From the NCBI RefSeq assembly GCF_009914755.1, contig NC_060935.1: a stretch of 64,000 bases of DNA; one strand, 5' to 3'. Every line of letters begins with the position of its first letter. Position 1 is the stretch's first letter. The stretch comes from the human T2T-CHM13v2.0 reference genome, Homo sapiens. The notes beneath the pieces were generated by a model that saw only the letters and a list, made by a program, of their open reading frames with translations, had not been told where the DNA came from and ran no database searches. Made by a program: the position numbers and the translations under genes. Shown here in pieces: positions 1 to 12,580 of this stretch.

Positions 1-1320
1 CAGTAGGCATTTTAGATAATATAATGTAGCAGTGTCCCCTTCCCTAAAACTGCTTTTTCTTATCTTTTATTTATTTGCATGCTTATTTGTTTAGTGACTT
101 GGCTGAATAAATTTAGTGACACTGGCAGTGTAAAGCAGTGTAAAGCCTCTGATGTTGTTCCTCAGAGGATGCAGGCTTTGGCATGCTCACAGTCACTCTG
201 GGAGACAGTAGTTTTCTCAGAACTATCCTTGACTCTTCCCTTCTTTGGTCTTGCTGGTAAACTGCCTGACTCTACTGGTAATACACTCAGGTATTAGTGT
301 TTGCTAATTTTCAGTCAGTCACTTTATTGTTTTGGACAATGCTGTGGGAAATAAATTACCCTACAATCTGATCCAATTAATTTCAGACCTCTTTGCAGAA
401 GTTTTTTGAGGCCAGGCTTTGAAGTATGTTCTAACCACAGGAGGTCTCTTTATTGCTGTCTCTTTCCCAGTTCACTCTGATAAACTAGCTGACTTGTGGT
501 TTAGTTTATTGCTCTTATGGAGGTATCAGCCTTCTCTTAATTGCTTATTGTTGAAATCTTCCTGGTTTTTGAGAATGCCCTAAAGCTTGAACTTCCCCAC
601 TCTCTTTTCTAAATAAAATCAGTGATTTTGAGGAGCTCTTTGGCGCTCTTTCCCCTTGTGGCATGTTGAGGCTTCCTTCTAAGTTTGGTTCGTGTCAGTC
701 TAATATAGACTTTACCCTAGGGCTCAGTTAGTTCTAGAACTATTTCTATAGATGGTCTTTCTGAGGTCTCTATTGAATTACTCAAGTATTCAACTGGACT
801 CTCAGCTCTTACTGATCAGAACTTTAATGTCTCCCAGACTTATTAAGCTTCCATACGTTCTTGTCATAATGCCCCATTGGTTATTCTTTGACTGGCTTTT
901 CTGTGTATTATTCTAAGGATGCACTGCTTTGCGTTCAAAGGTCCAAGGGGGCTCCTATGGAGATTTCCAAACTGTTCTCTGTACAGTTTCCTCCTGTTAG
1001 GTACTCTGCCCCCTTAATTCCAGTCACCTTGGCTTCTTCAAACTCTAATCATTGTCTCCTGATTGCAGCAAGAGTACTGTGCCCTGTTTAGAGTTGCTTA
1101 TCCTATGCCATTTTTCTAGAATATACCTGCAGACACAAAGTTGAGGCAATCTTGGGGATCCCTTTATTTGTATCCCTTCTATGTGTCATTATATCCTTTG
1201 CTACTCCTTGTTTGATGTCTGAAAACAGTTGTTTTATATATTTTATACAATTATGATTGCTTATGGTAGAAGGTATAGTCTCATACAAACTAAATCTTCA
1301 TGGGAAGAAGTGGAAGTCCT
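1..1320 (-). mobile_element. Ancient L1M-type 5' region relic
   Basis: T-rich L1-antisense composition, ending in catgggaagaagtggaagtcc, which resembles old L1M 5' termini. Confidence 0.5.
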
Positions 1321-2952
1321 GTCTTTGATTTTTGTGGCTTTGTGTTTTTCTTATTTGACCAAGCTCCTTAAAAATTCAAAATTTTGATTTTTGTCTGTTG
1401 TATTAGCTAACAATATTTTCCTTTGTGTCATTCACTTTTAAATTATTTTACAGTTTTATGATTTCCATATTTTAATTTTTATATAACTGAAATTATTTTT
1501 TTAATAATTTCTTCCAACTAGAGAACAAACATTTTCCTAGAATTTCTTTCATGGGTGTTTGAGGGGCTTCACTTTTTATAATTAATATTCAGTCTACTGA
1601 GATTATTTTTGGTATAAGTTATAAGATGGTTTTGTGTGTCTTTTATTCTAAATTTCTTTAAACAACTTGTAGAAAATGATGTGGTATAAATAAATCAATA
1701 AGTGCATATCACAGGAAAGTGGTTGAATGTCATTTTTCATTATTTTAGAATTCATGTATATCAATTTTGTTCCATGGACTTAAGGTCATTCTTGGGTGAT
1801 ATAAGATTAAGACAGATAATACTGTGTGCTTCCTTTTAAAAGGTAAAATTTGCTTAAAACCAATAAAAATGAAAATGAGGACATAAGGACTAGGATGTAA
1901 AGACTAAAGGGCAAAGCAGCATCCAAAGTGGGTGTTTCTCATTTAAGACAATGGATACCATGGCCAGACTTGCAGTCAGAAAGACCTAGTTTTGAATTCT
2001 ATCATTTACTTCCTTTCTTTCTAGGTTACGGTTAAGGTGAAATCAGACAATGTAGGTAAACCATTCTTGCCATATCATCACTACGGCCACCATCATTGTT
2101 GTGATTATAGAAATAGAAATAGAAAGATTAAAAGATGAAGATGCAGTTTGAGTAGACAAGGATGAAGTCATATGATCTAGCCTTTGCTTTCTTTGTAATA
2201 AATTAAATAGCATAATGTGGATTATGTGCTTTCAAACTTTCTTCCATATGTATGTATACACATATGTGTGTATTTAGTTTCATCACATGGTTCCCATCGA
2301 TACATCTCTTTCCATTTACTGTCACCATGGGTTGTCGTCTATATTCAGCTCCTGGACTTTGTAAAGAGATTCACTAAAGCATTGAAGCATTTGGCTGGGG
2401 AAAGTGATGAGGAGGAAAAGGAGACCTAGTAGTGATTGTGTCACTTTTCCTTGTCCAGTAAGTGACTGCTGTCCCTGGCTTATCTATTCTCCATGCACAT
2501 ATGTTTAAACCAGGTCACACAAAATTGGCTCTTTTCTTGTTTGCTCAAAGGAAGTCTGTGGTAGAATTTTACTGGAATTGGAGTTGGTATCACTGAATTG
2601 AAATTCCTTTTTCTCCACTGCTGAGTCGTGAGATTTGGGGCAGGTCCCTTCTTCTTTAATGTCCATTTTTGGGTTGGAACACACAATTACTTAAGGGCCA
2701 TAGAAATTTCTGCATGTGCATTGGAGTTCATTCATTTATTAATTTTTAAATTAAATCATTGTTGAGTGATTTCTATGTCTTAAGCACTGTGTTTGGTACT
2801 GAGGACATTGATATGTAAAAACCATAGAACTTATTCCTACCTTCAAGGAACGTGTGTAGAAGAATAGACAAACATTAGAGCATAAAAAGAACATAGGTAT
2901 AATGAATGCTACAAAGGAGAAGTGCAGATATTATGGGTGGTAAATATTGGAG

Positions 2953-3143
2953 GCCAGGAGTCTAAAACTATTTTGGTAAAGAGAAAGACAGTAATATTTT
3001 AGGCTTTTTGAGCCAATAGGCAAAATGGAACAATTCTTCTTACCAAAATGCCTTGTTGGTAAGTTTTAAAAATATTTTATATCTAAAAAAAATTAAGTCA
3101 CAAAGCCCTTACGAAAACAGGCCACAGGCTACAGTTTGTCTGA
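2953..3143 (+). mobile_element. MER58-family fragment
   Basis: aaactattttggtaaagagaaagacagtaatattttaggcttt...ggccacaggctacagtttg. Confidence 0.55.
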
Positions 3144-5342
3144 TTAGACAAACATTATATTCATAATAGAGTATGCTAAGATAATACCCCCACCTAAAGA
3201 ATTTCTGTGGTCACTATTCTCCTAAAGGACTGTGTAAGAGACCTGTCTCTGTCTCTCTGTTTTCCCCTATTTCTAAGTCCCTCTCTCTTTCTTTCTATTT
3301 CTATTATATCTTTGTAGAATTCAAAAATATGTATGGAATACATACCCTCACGCCTACAATTTTCTGGTATCTTAATTTGGCTGCCTATTTGTGTCTTCTG
3401 AGAATTTTAACCATTTTATTAGTTTTCATACAATGTTCTGGTGACTGTGTCGTTGAGTAACTGCAATTGTGTAGATGCTTTACCAGGAGCTGGGTTAATC
3501 CATCAATATATTGTATGTCAATATGCTGTATCTGCTGAGGCAGCTGGAGAAGGAGATTGAGAGCAGGTACTGAGGGAGCAGAAAGAGGAAGAGAAAAAAA
3601 CAGATAAAATGCCTAGCTGTCCCAGAGCAGGATTAGCAAACATGTTGTTTTGGTTATCCATTGTTTCACAGTTTAAAAAAAATCTCTTTGCGTCAACAGA
3701 ATTAGAGGCATGGTGTCCTCTCTGAACACATTAAGCCATTTGAAGAGGCTCCAAAAGTGGAATCAAATTCAATTAAGGAAAAAAAGACCACTTATTACCC
3801 TTTAAAACTCATAATATGGAAGATATTTCAAAACATAAAAGTTGAAATGTTTTAAAATAGCATTTTAAATGCCTGAATCACTTAAAAGTGTTCTGAATTT
3901 TATTCATTCTATTTTAATTCTATCCTGAGATATTTCCTATAGATATTTCTAAATATTTTTTGCAGTTACATCAAGAGCTAGAAAAGGACAAATATCCTTA
4001 TGCAATCAATTTGACTTTAACTATTTCCTCTCTCTCTCTCTATTTTTCTCACTTTCCTATTACTTGTGTCAGTACCTGAGTTTTTTCTTATCCTATTTTA
4101 TTTAGAGTGGGAAAAAGCTATGACTGAGGAAAATGCCAAAGATCTAATCAAGGAATTGTCAATAATAATCGTGTGGCTCAAGCCATAAATCACTTTGGAT
4201 TAAGCATCACCCTTCATCTGGGTGTGAAATTTCCAATGCCTTTTATTTGTTATCTGCCAATGGAAATTAAAACATTCCCTTCACAGGGGATCTTTCAGAA
4301 GCAGATGGATCCCCACTGTCAGGGCATCTGGGAAGTTGTCTACCTGAAGACAGTCAAATAAAGCTTATGACATTATTAGGTCCTTTCCCCACCCTCTAAA
4401 AACGCAAATCCATTTGTACACAACATTCAGTTAGCAAGTAAAATTTTGGTCAAGCCATTATGTTTTGTATATGATGCCAAGTACATCTTAATGGATGAGA
4501 GAGCCAATTGACTGATGGCCTTAACATGTTTTATAAATCATCTCTGTTTGCATGTTCAGCCCAGCCCAAAAGACAGAGGCAATAGACACCAAAGCCTGCC
4601 ATTCTTAAGCAAAGTTTGCTTTAGTTCTGTATAAATATTAGGCCTTAACATAGTTTACTACAAATCTGTTTTAGTCTTAATTTCATGTGAAATCAACAAT
4701 GGACATTTATATAGCATTAATTAAGGTACACTATTCAATACATATAAAATTTTTCAACATTATTTATATACAACCTTAGTTTATTATAAAAACTGTTATT
4801 GAGATGTCAAAGCCTCAGTGTTTTTTTCGTAAACTTTCTCAGGCTATGACATTAAACCTGCCCTTAGACATTAAACTAGAACCTTTTTATGTATATATGA
4901 GTAATAAGAACAACATCCTGCATCTATGTAGAACTTACAGAAACACAAATACTTAGTGTTTACTGTTAGCCAGGAACTGTGCTAAGCCTTTTTATATACA
5001 GTATCTTATTGAAGCTCACAACTCTCCATACGTTTGTACCCATTGTTAACAGTGAATCACTTGAGGTTTGTAGAAATTTGTGGCTTGCCCAAGACAAAGT
5101 CAACAAGTGGGCAAGTTAGGTTTTATACCCAGTACTGTTCTATTCAGAATCTAGGTTGTTTCCACTTTGCTTTCCAGTCTAACCTGGTTTTCTCAAAATT
5201 ATCTGCCCCCACAAAAAAAAGAAGGACCAAACAGTGGATTTGCTCAAGATCATAAAGTTAATTGAACAGACAAAGGCTACACTAGAATTCAGGTCTTTTT
5301 CTTCTAACATGTTGCTCTTGGCATGACACTTACTGCTTCATA

Positions 5343-5388
<46 letters not shown>
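5343..5388. repeat. Compound (TG)4(TA)12(CA)7 microsatellite
   Basis: Read directly from the sequence. Confidence 0.95.
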
Positions 5389-6015
5389 TTAAACAGAAAT
5401 CAGAATGAAATGCTTTGTATTTGAACTCTTCTTTTTTTAGTTTTACTGTCTGTTTTTCACTGCTGTACTCAGTTGGCCCTTTAAAAATTCTAATTACTGA
5501 AGTTATTATATTAAAGAAGTATTGGAAGAACAACTTAAATTCTAGAAATCACAGGAAATAAAAGTTATTCCCTTTGAGAATCTTATTGAGATGCTGAGAG
5601 AATAATGCTTAAATAAAGAGATACCTGGGTTGAATTTGAGACCAATTTTGCATGTGAAATCTCAGCAAATATTATGCTCAGTTAAACAATATGTGACCAT
5701 TTGAACAGATGATGTTGTAAGAAAGAACTTTTCTGTAAATTGTTGAAATGGAAAGAATTCTTCATGCAAGTAGAAATAGGCAGCTAGTTAGGCTTTTCTT
5801 AATGAAATGACAGTTTTCAAGGTACTTAGCTTGAGAGTACAGAGTGCAGTATTTCCTGAAAATGGAACCAAAATGGAGGGGCCTGGGGTGTACTAGTCAG
5901 TCTATATAATTTACTATCATAATAAACTGGGTTCTTTTTGTTTTTTCTTCTATGATGAAAAATAATGTAGGAACAAAAGTCCACATAATTCCATCCATCA
6001 CATTTGATATGTCCT

Positions 6016-6360
6016 TGTATTAATCAGGATAGAAAAACTATGTTGTTCTAATGGTAAATCACCCAATCTCAGTAGCTTATTCTATAAAAGTGTATTTCTT
6101 GCTCACATAAAATCTGATATGCTTTGGATCTTGCTCTTCCATTTTATAGCTATGCCAAATGGAAAATATGTCTTCCAAGATCACTGCAACAACAGAAAAG
6201 AAGGCTAGACAGCATACAGGAGCTCTTACATGGCCCCTGTCACTTCTGCTCATAGCCCATTGGCTAGAATTAGTCACATGGCCCAGGCCAGCTACAAGGG
6301 AAACTGAGAAATATGTAAAAGAACAAGTGATTATTTAGAGAATGATGTCTCTGACCCACG
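6016..6360 (-). mobile_element. Old MLT1 (K/L-like) LTR
   Basis: tgtattaatcaggatag...aatctcagtagctta...cacttctgctcatagcccattggctagaattagtcacatggccc. Confidence 0.65.
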
Positions 6361-6414
6361 AATTATTTCTACCCTCCTTCCTGCTGGCACCCTGCTTTTC
6401 CCTTTCCCGCTTTT

Positions 6415-6432
6415 CATTCTTTTCTTTCTTTC

Positions 6433-6483
<51 letters not shown>

Positions 6484-6520
6484 TCCTTCTTTCTTTCTTG
6501 CTTTCCTTCTTTCTTGCTTG

Positions 6521-6559
<39 letters not shown>

Positions 6560-6561
6560 TC
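6415..6561. repeat. (TTTC)n-dominated polypyrimidine microsatellite
   Basis: Long (TTTC)n with TTCC/TTGC interruptions. Confidence 0.95.
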
Positions 6562-7077
6562 AGTGCTGGTCTTTCTTCACCTTTTTGTATTTCTTTTGCA
6601 TTTAGCCACTATTTAACAAATTATACATCTATCCTATAGAATACTTGCATGACCCTAAGGGTGAATGCATCCTAAACTGTGTGCCCTAGGTGCTTTTCTT
6701 GCCCTAGTCCTGCTATTCTGTGACAGGTTGTTTCTAAGTTGAGCAATATGTAAGAGTCAAACATGATTCCTAACTTCAAGTTGCTTTCCGTCCTGTGAGA
6801 GAGATGTGATGTACAGATATAATGACAATGCAATGTAAAAATAAAATGCCGGTGTCATGCAATTTCGACAGGTGTTGTGCTGTGGGAATTGATTGAATAT
6901 TGTTCTACACTCAACAGTGCTTGCTAAATGCAAATCAGAGCACTGTGAGCACATGTTAAACAGGTAAAGAAAGTGTAATCCTTCTGCTTTAGAGAGGACA
7001 ATCACAAATGGAGAACCTTGGAGAAAATACATATGGTTGCCCATCACACACACTTTAACTGGGTATGTGCATCGTGT

Positions 7078-7200
7078 CAGAGGTTCTCAGACTTTGCTGG
7101 ATGGACATGGGATTCTCTGTATAGCCTAAAATGTGTGAGATTTTCTATTCTAGAGAAGGCCCAGATCTATAAATGTTCCTGAAAAGGTTATTGACCCCAG
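7078..7200 (+). mobile_element. MER103C-like hAT fragment (copy 1)
   Basis: cagaggttctcag...tctagagaaggcccag...gaaaaggttattgacccc. Confidence 0.5.
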
Positions 7201-7519
7201 AGTTTCCAGGGTTTCCAGGGTGGGTACAGATGGTGACTACTCTTTTGTTTCATGAGGATTTACCCCAGACTTATAGGAACAGAGACACTCTGAATCCTCA
7301 TAAAATAGCCAACATCATTCATCCCTTGAAACTACTGGCATGAATTGTCTTGCACGGAGGAAACAAACATTTCCTTTTTTTTTTGTTCAATGTCTGAAGG
7401 GAGCTATCCCTGCAGCAGGACTTGGAAAGGCTCATAAAACTTGAGCAAAATGTTTATAAAGCATGGAAGTAAATGACAAGACTGTAACTTTGCAAAGTTT
7501 CAAGAGGAGCAGAGATTGG

Positions 7520-7637
7520 TCTCAGTGATCCAGGGATGGGCTTTAGGAAGCCTGTGAATCCCCAGAAACATTTGTGTGTATTTGGTTCTATGCATTTTTA
7601 TGGAGAAGGGTCCACCTATAAACATTAAGAGCCACTA
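7520..7637 (+). mobile_element. MER103C-like hAT fragment (copy 2)
   Basis: ggatgggctttaggaagcctgtgaatcccc...tgcatttttatggagaagggtcca...ttaagagccact. Confidence 0.6.
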
Positions 7638-7749
7638 ATCTCATTTTAAAAAGATGGAATCTCCAGTCTAAATAGATTTAAATACATACCTAAGATCAAA
7701 TAATTAATCAGCGCTGAATCCAGTTCTGAAGCCCTATTCTAATCCCCAC

Positions 7750-8181
7750 TGTTCTGGGCTAAATTGTGTCCCCTCAAAAATATTGTCAAAGTTCTAACAT
7801 TTGGTACCTAAGAATGTGACTGTATGTGGAATAGGGATGTAACTGCAGATGTAATTAAGTTCATATAAAATCATGAAGATGTCCCTAATCCATTATAAGA
7901 AGAGGAATTCTCCCTGTGAAGGCAGGTACACATAGCAAGACAACCGTATAAAGGTAAAGGCAGAGATTGGAGTTACACAACTGAAAGCCAAAGGATACTG
8001 ATGGCTTACCACCACTAGAAGCTAAGAAGAGTCAAGGAAAGTTTCTCCCTTAGAGCCTTCAAAGGGAACAGAGCACTGACAACAGCTTGATTTCAGACTT
8101 CAGCCTATAGAACTGTGAGACAATGAATTTCTGTTGTTTAAGACATTAAGTTTCTTATGGTAGCCCAAGGAAACAAATACA
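7750..8181 (+). mobile_element. MLT1B/C-like MaLR solo LTR
   Basis: TG...CA ends; aattgtgtcccc, gaatgtgactgtat, ggcagagattgg, cttgatttcagacttcagcc...agaactgtgagacaat. Confidence 0.85.
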
Positions 8182-8658
8182 CTCACTATAGCTAACTCTC
8201 CAAACTGGTACATTTCTTTTCATCGTGTCAGTGCCAATACTGATAATTATGTTTCCTGGTTTTTAAAATTCATGTTTACCAGACCTAGTTTAGGCACCTC
8301 TCCAGGCAATCAGGGTCCGCTGGTCCTTGGTGACTTGCTCTGTTTCCTGGCTGGAACTGCTGAACAATGGCTTCTGCCATTCCCACAATCAAAATTGTAG
8401 CTACCAATAAGAATGTACTAATTCTACCACCTTTCTGGGCTCAAGTGCCAGGCTTTAGGGCCACCTTCATCATGCTAGCTCTGGCAGAAGCTGCAGCAGT
8501 TTCCATGTCCAAGTCCAACCTGACTAGACCTAAAGAGGCCCCAGCTTCCCCAAAAGCTCCACAGGGGCTGGCTAACATCAACTGGAGTTGCAGGGCAGTA
8601 AATGCTCCGTGAGGCAAACTTTAAGGGAATACAGGAGTCATAAGGAGACAGACCATGA

Positions 8659-9128
<470 letters not shown>

Positions 9129-9143
9129 AGCTTTACCTACTTT

Positions 9144-9300
9144 TATGAGTTGAATTAAATTTATGTGTTGAACTCGTAACCCAATGTGTATCAGAATGGG
9201 ACTTTACTTGGAAATAAGGTCATTGCAGATATAATTAGTTAAGATGAGGGCATAGTGGAGTAGGGTAGGGTAGGGTGGGCACCTAACCCTTTATGACGGG

Positions 9301-9342
<42 letters not shown>

Positions 9343-9608
9343 TGAGAGAGAATGAGAGAGAGAGAGAACACTCCATTTGAAGATGAAGGCAAATATTGGG
9401 GTGATATTTCTACAAGCTAAGGAATGCCAAAGATTGTGAAGATGGGAGAGATGCATGAAAATGGCCCTCCTTTGTAGCCTTCAGAAGGAACCAACCCTGT
9501 TGACACCTTGATCTTAGACTTCTAGCCTCTAGAACTGTGAGACAGTAAATTTATGCTGTTTAGCACCAAATTTGTGGTACTTTGTTATGGCAACACTAGT
9601 AAATCAAC
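9144..9608 (+). mobile_element. MLT1B/C-like MaLR solo LTR containing (CA)n and GA repeats
   Basis: ggaaataaggtcattgcagatataattagttaagatgagg; gaaggaaccaaccctgttgacaccttgatcttagacttctagcctctagaactgtgaga. Confidence 0.85.
9303..9368. repeat. (AC)n followed by a GA-rich repeat
   Basis: Read directly from the sequence. Confidence 0.95.
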
Positions 9609-11036
9609 GTACCTATTTCTCTACCATACTTCTCACATTCTCTTATTCTTGCTGTCATTGGATTGTGACAACTCCATCTCTGCCCCCCTATAATGAGTAA
9701 GCATTCAAAATTGTCCTCAGCTCTGTTTCCCTGGAAATATAAGCTAATATAGCCTTTATTCCTATTTAAAAATAAGTGTGTAGTTAGACCTGGGTTGAGC
9801 ACTGACTGAAAAAAAGAAATATGATATGTCCTCTTCTTGAAAACGCCTACAGTGTTCAGCAAGACTAATCTAATTCGTAAGACCACTAGAAATCAGCAAA
9901 GGCAGAATGTTGCAGGTTTGACATCTACATTGTGATAGAGTTCAGGAAAGGGAGAGTTACACCATAAGCCTCCAGAACTACAAAACAAACTATTGACTAT
10001 GAGAAATTCTATTCTATCTCTGTGTTTTCCTCATATCACCAAAAAGCAAGAGTTCATATTTGGCGTATTCTGTACATATTTTTTAATTCTTACACATGAG
10101 TGTGTGGCAGGCAAAGGGGAATCATTCCAAATAGGAAACTCAGGCATTTGTAAACAAAGCCTCATGTTGGTAATTCAAAGTAATTAGTGTTTATGACTGT
10201 AGGAGTCTGGAGTATATGTGATGAATTATATTAATCGGGAGTGAATTGATACTGGAGGGTAAAGAAGGATAATTTCTCCAGCTAAGAGCGCATGGCCAGT
10301 AGCTGAAACTGTTCCCCAGACCAAGCCATTACATCTATCAAAAGGCGTTTATTAACTGCTTATTCACACATCACACTATGCTAAATGAGGAACCAAGTCT
10401 TAAAACTCACTTTCTTAACTTGTGTATAATCTATACTGGTTTCAAAGAAAGAGCAAGAGAACTTCACTTGAAATTTAGAGCCTTAGAGCTTTTAGAGTTC
10501 CTTTAAAGAAATCTTTATATGTAATAATACATTTTTTTTGGAGAAGAAATCAATTGAGATCTCATTTTTCTTGTTCACGTTTTTTAAACATTTCCACTGT
10601 TAGTGGTTCACATAAACTTGTTTATGTGTATGAGTTATTAATATATGGATTGACTCAAACTCTCTAAATGATTTTTGCTTCCATAATATAGCTTCACTAA
10701 CCTAAATGAGTTGTCGATAGCAATACCATGGACTGTAACTTCTGTAATACCATTGTCTTCACTGTATGTGGAGTGCCTACAGAAAGCCTGGGTGAGAGAA
10801 GGTATATAAAAAACATCTGTTGAATGATAAAACCCTCATTCCTGGTTGGATCCAGGAAGGATAATTTTTTCAAACATTCCTGTAAGGAAAGATGCCAAAA
10901 CTTTTTGAGCACCTGTCATGTCCCAGGCTCCCTACTAAGCACTTTACATAATCTCAAGGGATATCCCTTCTTTCACTTTAACATGGGTGCAATAGCATTT
11001 ACTTATCTGTTTATAGCAATAGAAAGACTTAAATAC

Positions 11037-11337
11037 TGCTGGGCATGGTGGCTTGTGCCTGTAATCCCAGTGCTTTGAGAGGCTTAAGTTGGGGGGGGGG
11101 GTCACTTGAGGCCAGGAGTTCGAGACCAGCCTGGGCAACATAGCAAGACCACATTTCTACACATTATAAACAAATTAGCAGGCATGGTGGCATGTGCCTG
11201 TAGTTACAGCTACCTGGGAGACTAAGGAGGGAGAATCACTTGAGCCCAGGTAGTCGAGGCTGGAGTGAGCCATGATCATGCCACTGCACTCCAGCCTGGA
11301 TGACAGAGAGAGACTGTCTTTAAAAAAAAAAAAAAAA
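11037..11337 (+). mobile_element. AluJ-like SINE followed by a GA-rich tail to about 11418
   Basis: gaggccaggagttcgagaccagcctgggcaacatagcaagacc and gagcccagg...gatcatgccactgcactccagcctgg; poly(A) followed by (GA)n/(GAAA)n. Confidence 0.93.
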
Positions 11338-11659
11338 GAAAAAGAAAAAGAAAAGAAAGAGATAGGAAAGGAAGGAAGAGGGAGAGAGAGAGAGAGAGAG
11401 AGAAAGAGAAAGAAAGAGAATAGTATGCATGTGAGGAACTTAGCATTGTGTCTGGTGCCAAACAAATGCTGAGCTACTGGTTACCTTTCTCTTCTTTTTC
11501 TTATTACATTCAGTATCCACTGAACATTCCTTACAGTGATTTTCCATTACTCTTTATATCAGATGCAGAAATGTTGACTGTGTTTTTGGTTAGCATCATT
11601 TATAAGGAAATTCCTCCAGGAAGCACATCTTCCTCTTTGTTGTTCTTCTTTTAATACTG

Positions 11660-12580
11660 TTGAATGGAAAGCTCACCACAACCACAGCCTAGGCCCCAGA
11701 GACCTGTCGCTTGGACTATTCAACTGCCTCCTAAGTCTAACAGCTTTTGGTTTTGTCTCTTGCAATAGATACTGCTCTTTGCACCAAGAAAGCTCTATTC
11801 AAAATATAAATTTGACTATATTATTCCTTTGTTTACTCTAATTGCCATTCCATACAAATAAAGTCCAGACTCCCCAGCATGGCATACAAGATTCTTCATG
11901 TCCAAAGCCCTGTCTTCCTCTTAAGACTTATATAATTCAGCTGCTTCTATGCAGGATGCATTTTCACAAATGTATATGATTCATGATCTCGTTGCTCAAC
12001 GAGTCTGCACTTTGGCTTGTGCAGGATCATCTGCTTTGCAGCCTCCCTCTCTTTCCTTATCTTTCTTCACCTAGCCTACTCTGCTCAATCTCTTAGACAC
12101 AGCTCATGCATCACTTCCTCTTGGCAGCCTTTGGAAAGCTTAGGTACCCTTCCTTAATGTTTTTTTAATTACTCTGTGATCTGATTATCAGGAATTTAGG
12201 ACATTGCCTTCAAATCATCCATTAGTGTCTGTTGCTGCCACAACAGTCTAGGCCATGGGTGGGCAAACTTCTTCTGTAAAGAACCAGGTATTAGATATTT
12301 TAGCTTTGTGTAGCATATGGTCTTCATCAAAATTACCCAGTTTTGCCTTTGTAACACAAAAACAGCCAAAGACAATATGTAAATTAATGAGCTTCACTGT
12401 GGTTCCAATAGTTTACTTACAAAAAAATAGATGGCAGGGTGGATTTCTCCAGTGGGTTGTAGGTTGCCAACCCCTAATCTAAGCCTCTTGAGGATGGGGA
12501 TCCTCTTATCTTTCTTAGATTCTGTAGCACCTAGCTCAGTGTCTGTGTTAAAGGAGGGGCTCAATCAATGTTAATTGAAC
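11660..12580 (+). mobile_element. L2 3' fragment split by MER58A
   Basis: aaagtccagactccccagcatggcatacaag...; terminus gcacctagctcagtgtctg...ggctcaatcaatgttaattgaa. Confidence 0.65.
12255..12476 (+). mobile_element. MER58A-like hAT DNA transposon inserted in an L2
   Basis: ggcaaacttcttctgtaaagaaccagg...agacaatatgtaaattaatgagc...gttgccaacccct. Confidence 0.8.

Noticed and set aside
6342-6605. Hydrophobic F/L/S-rich ORF resembling a membrane protein
   Set aside because: Translation of the (TTTC)n microsatellite.
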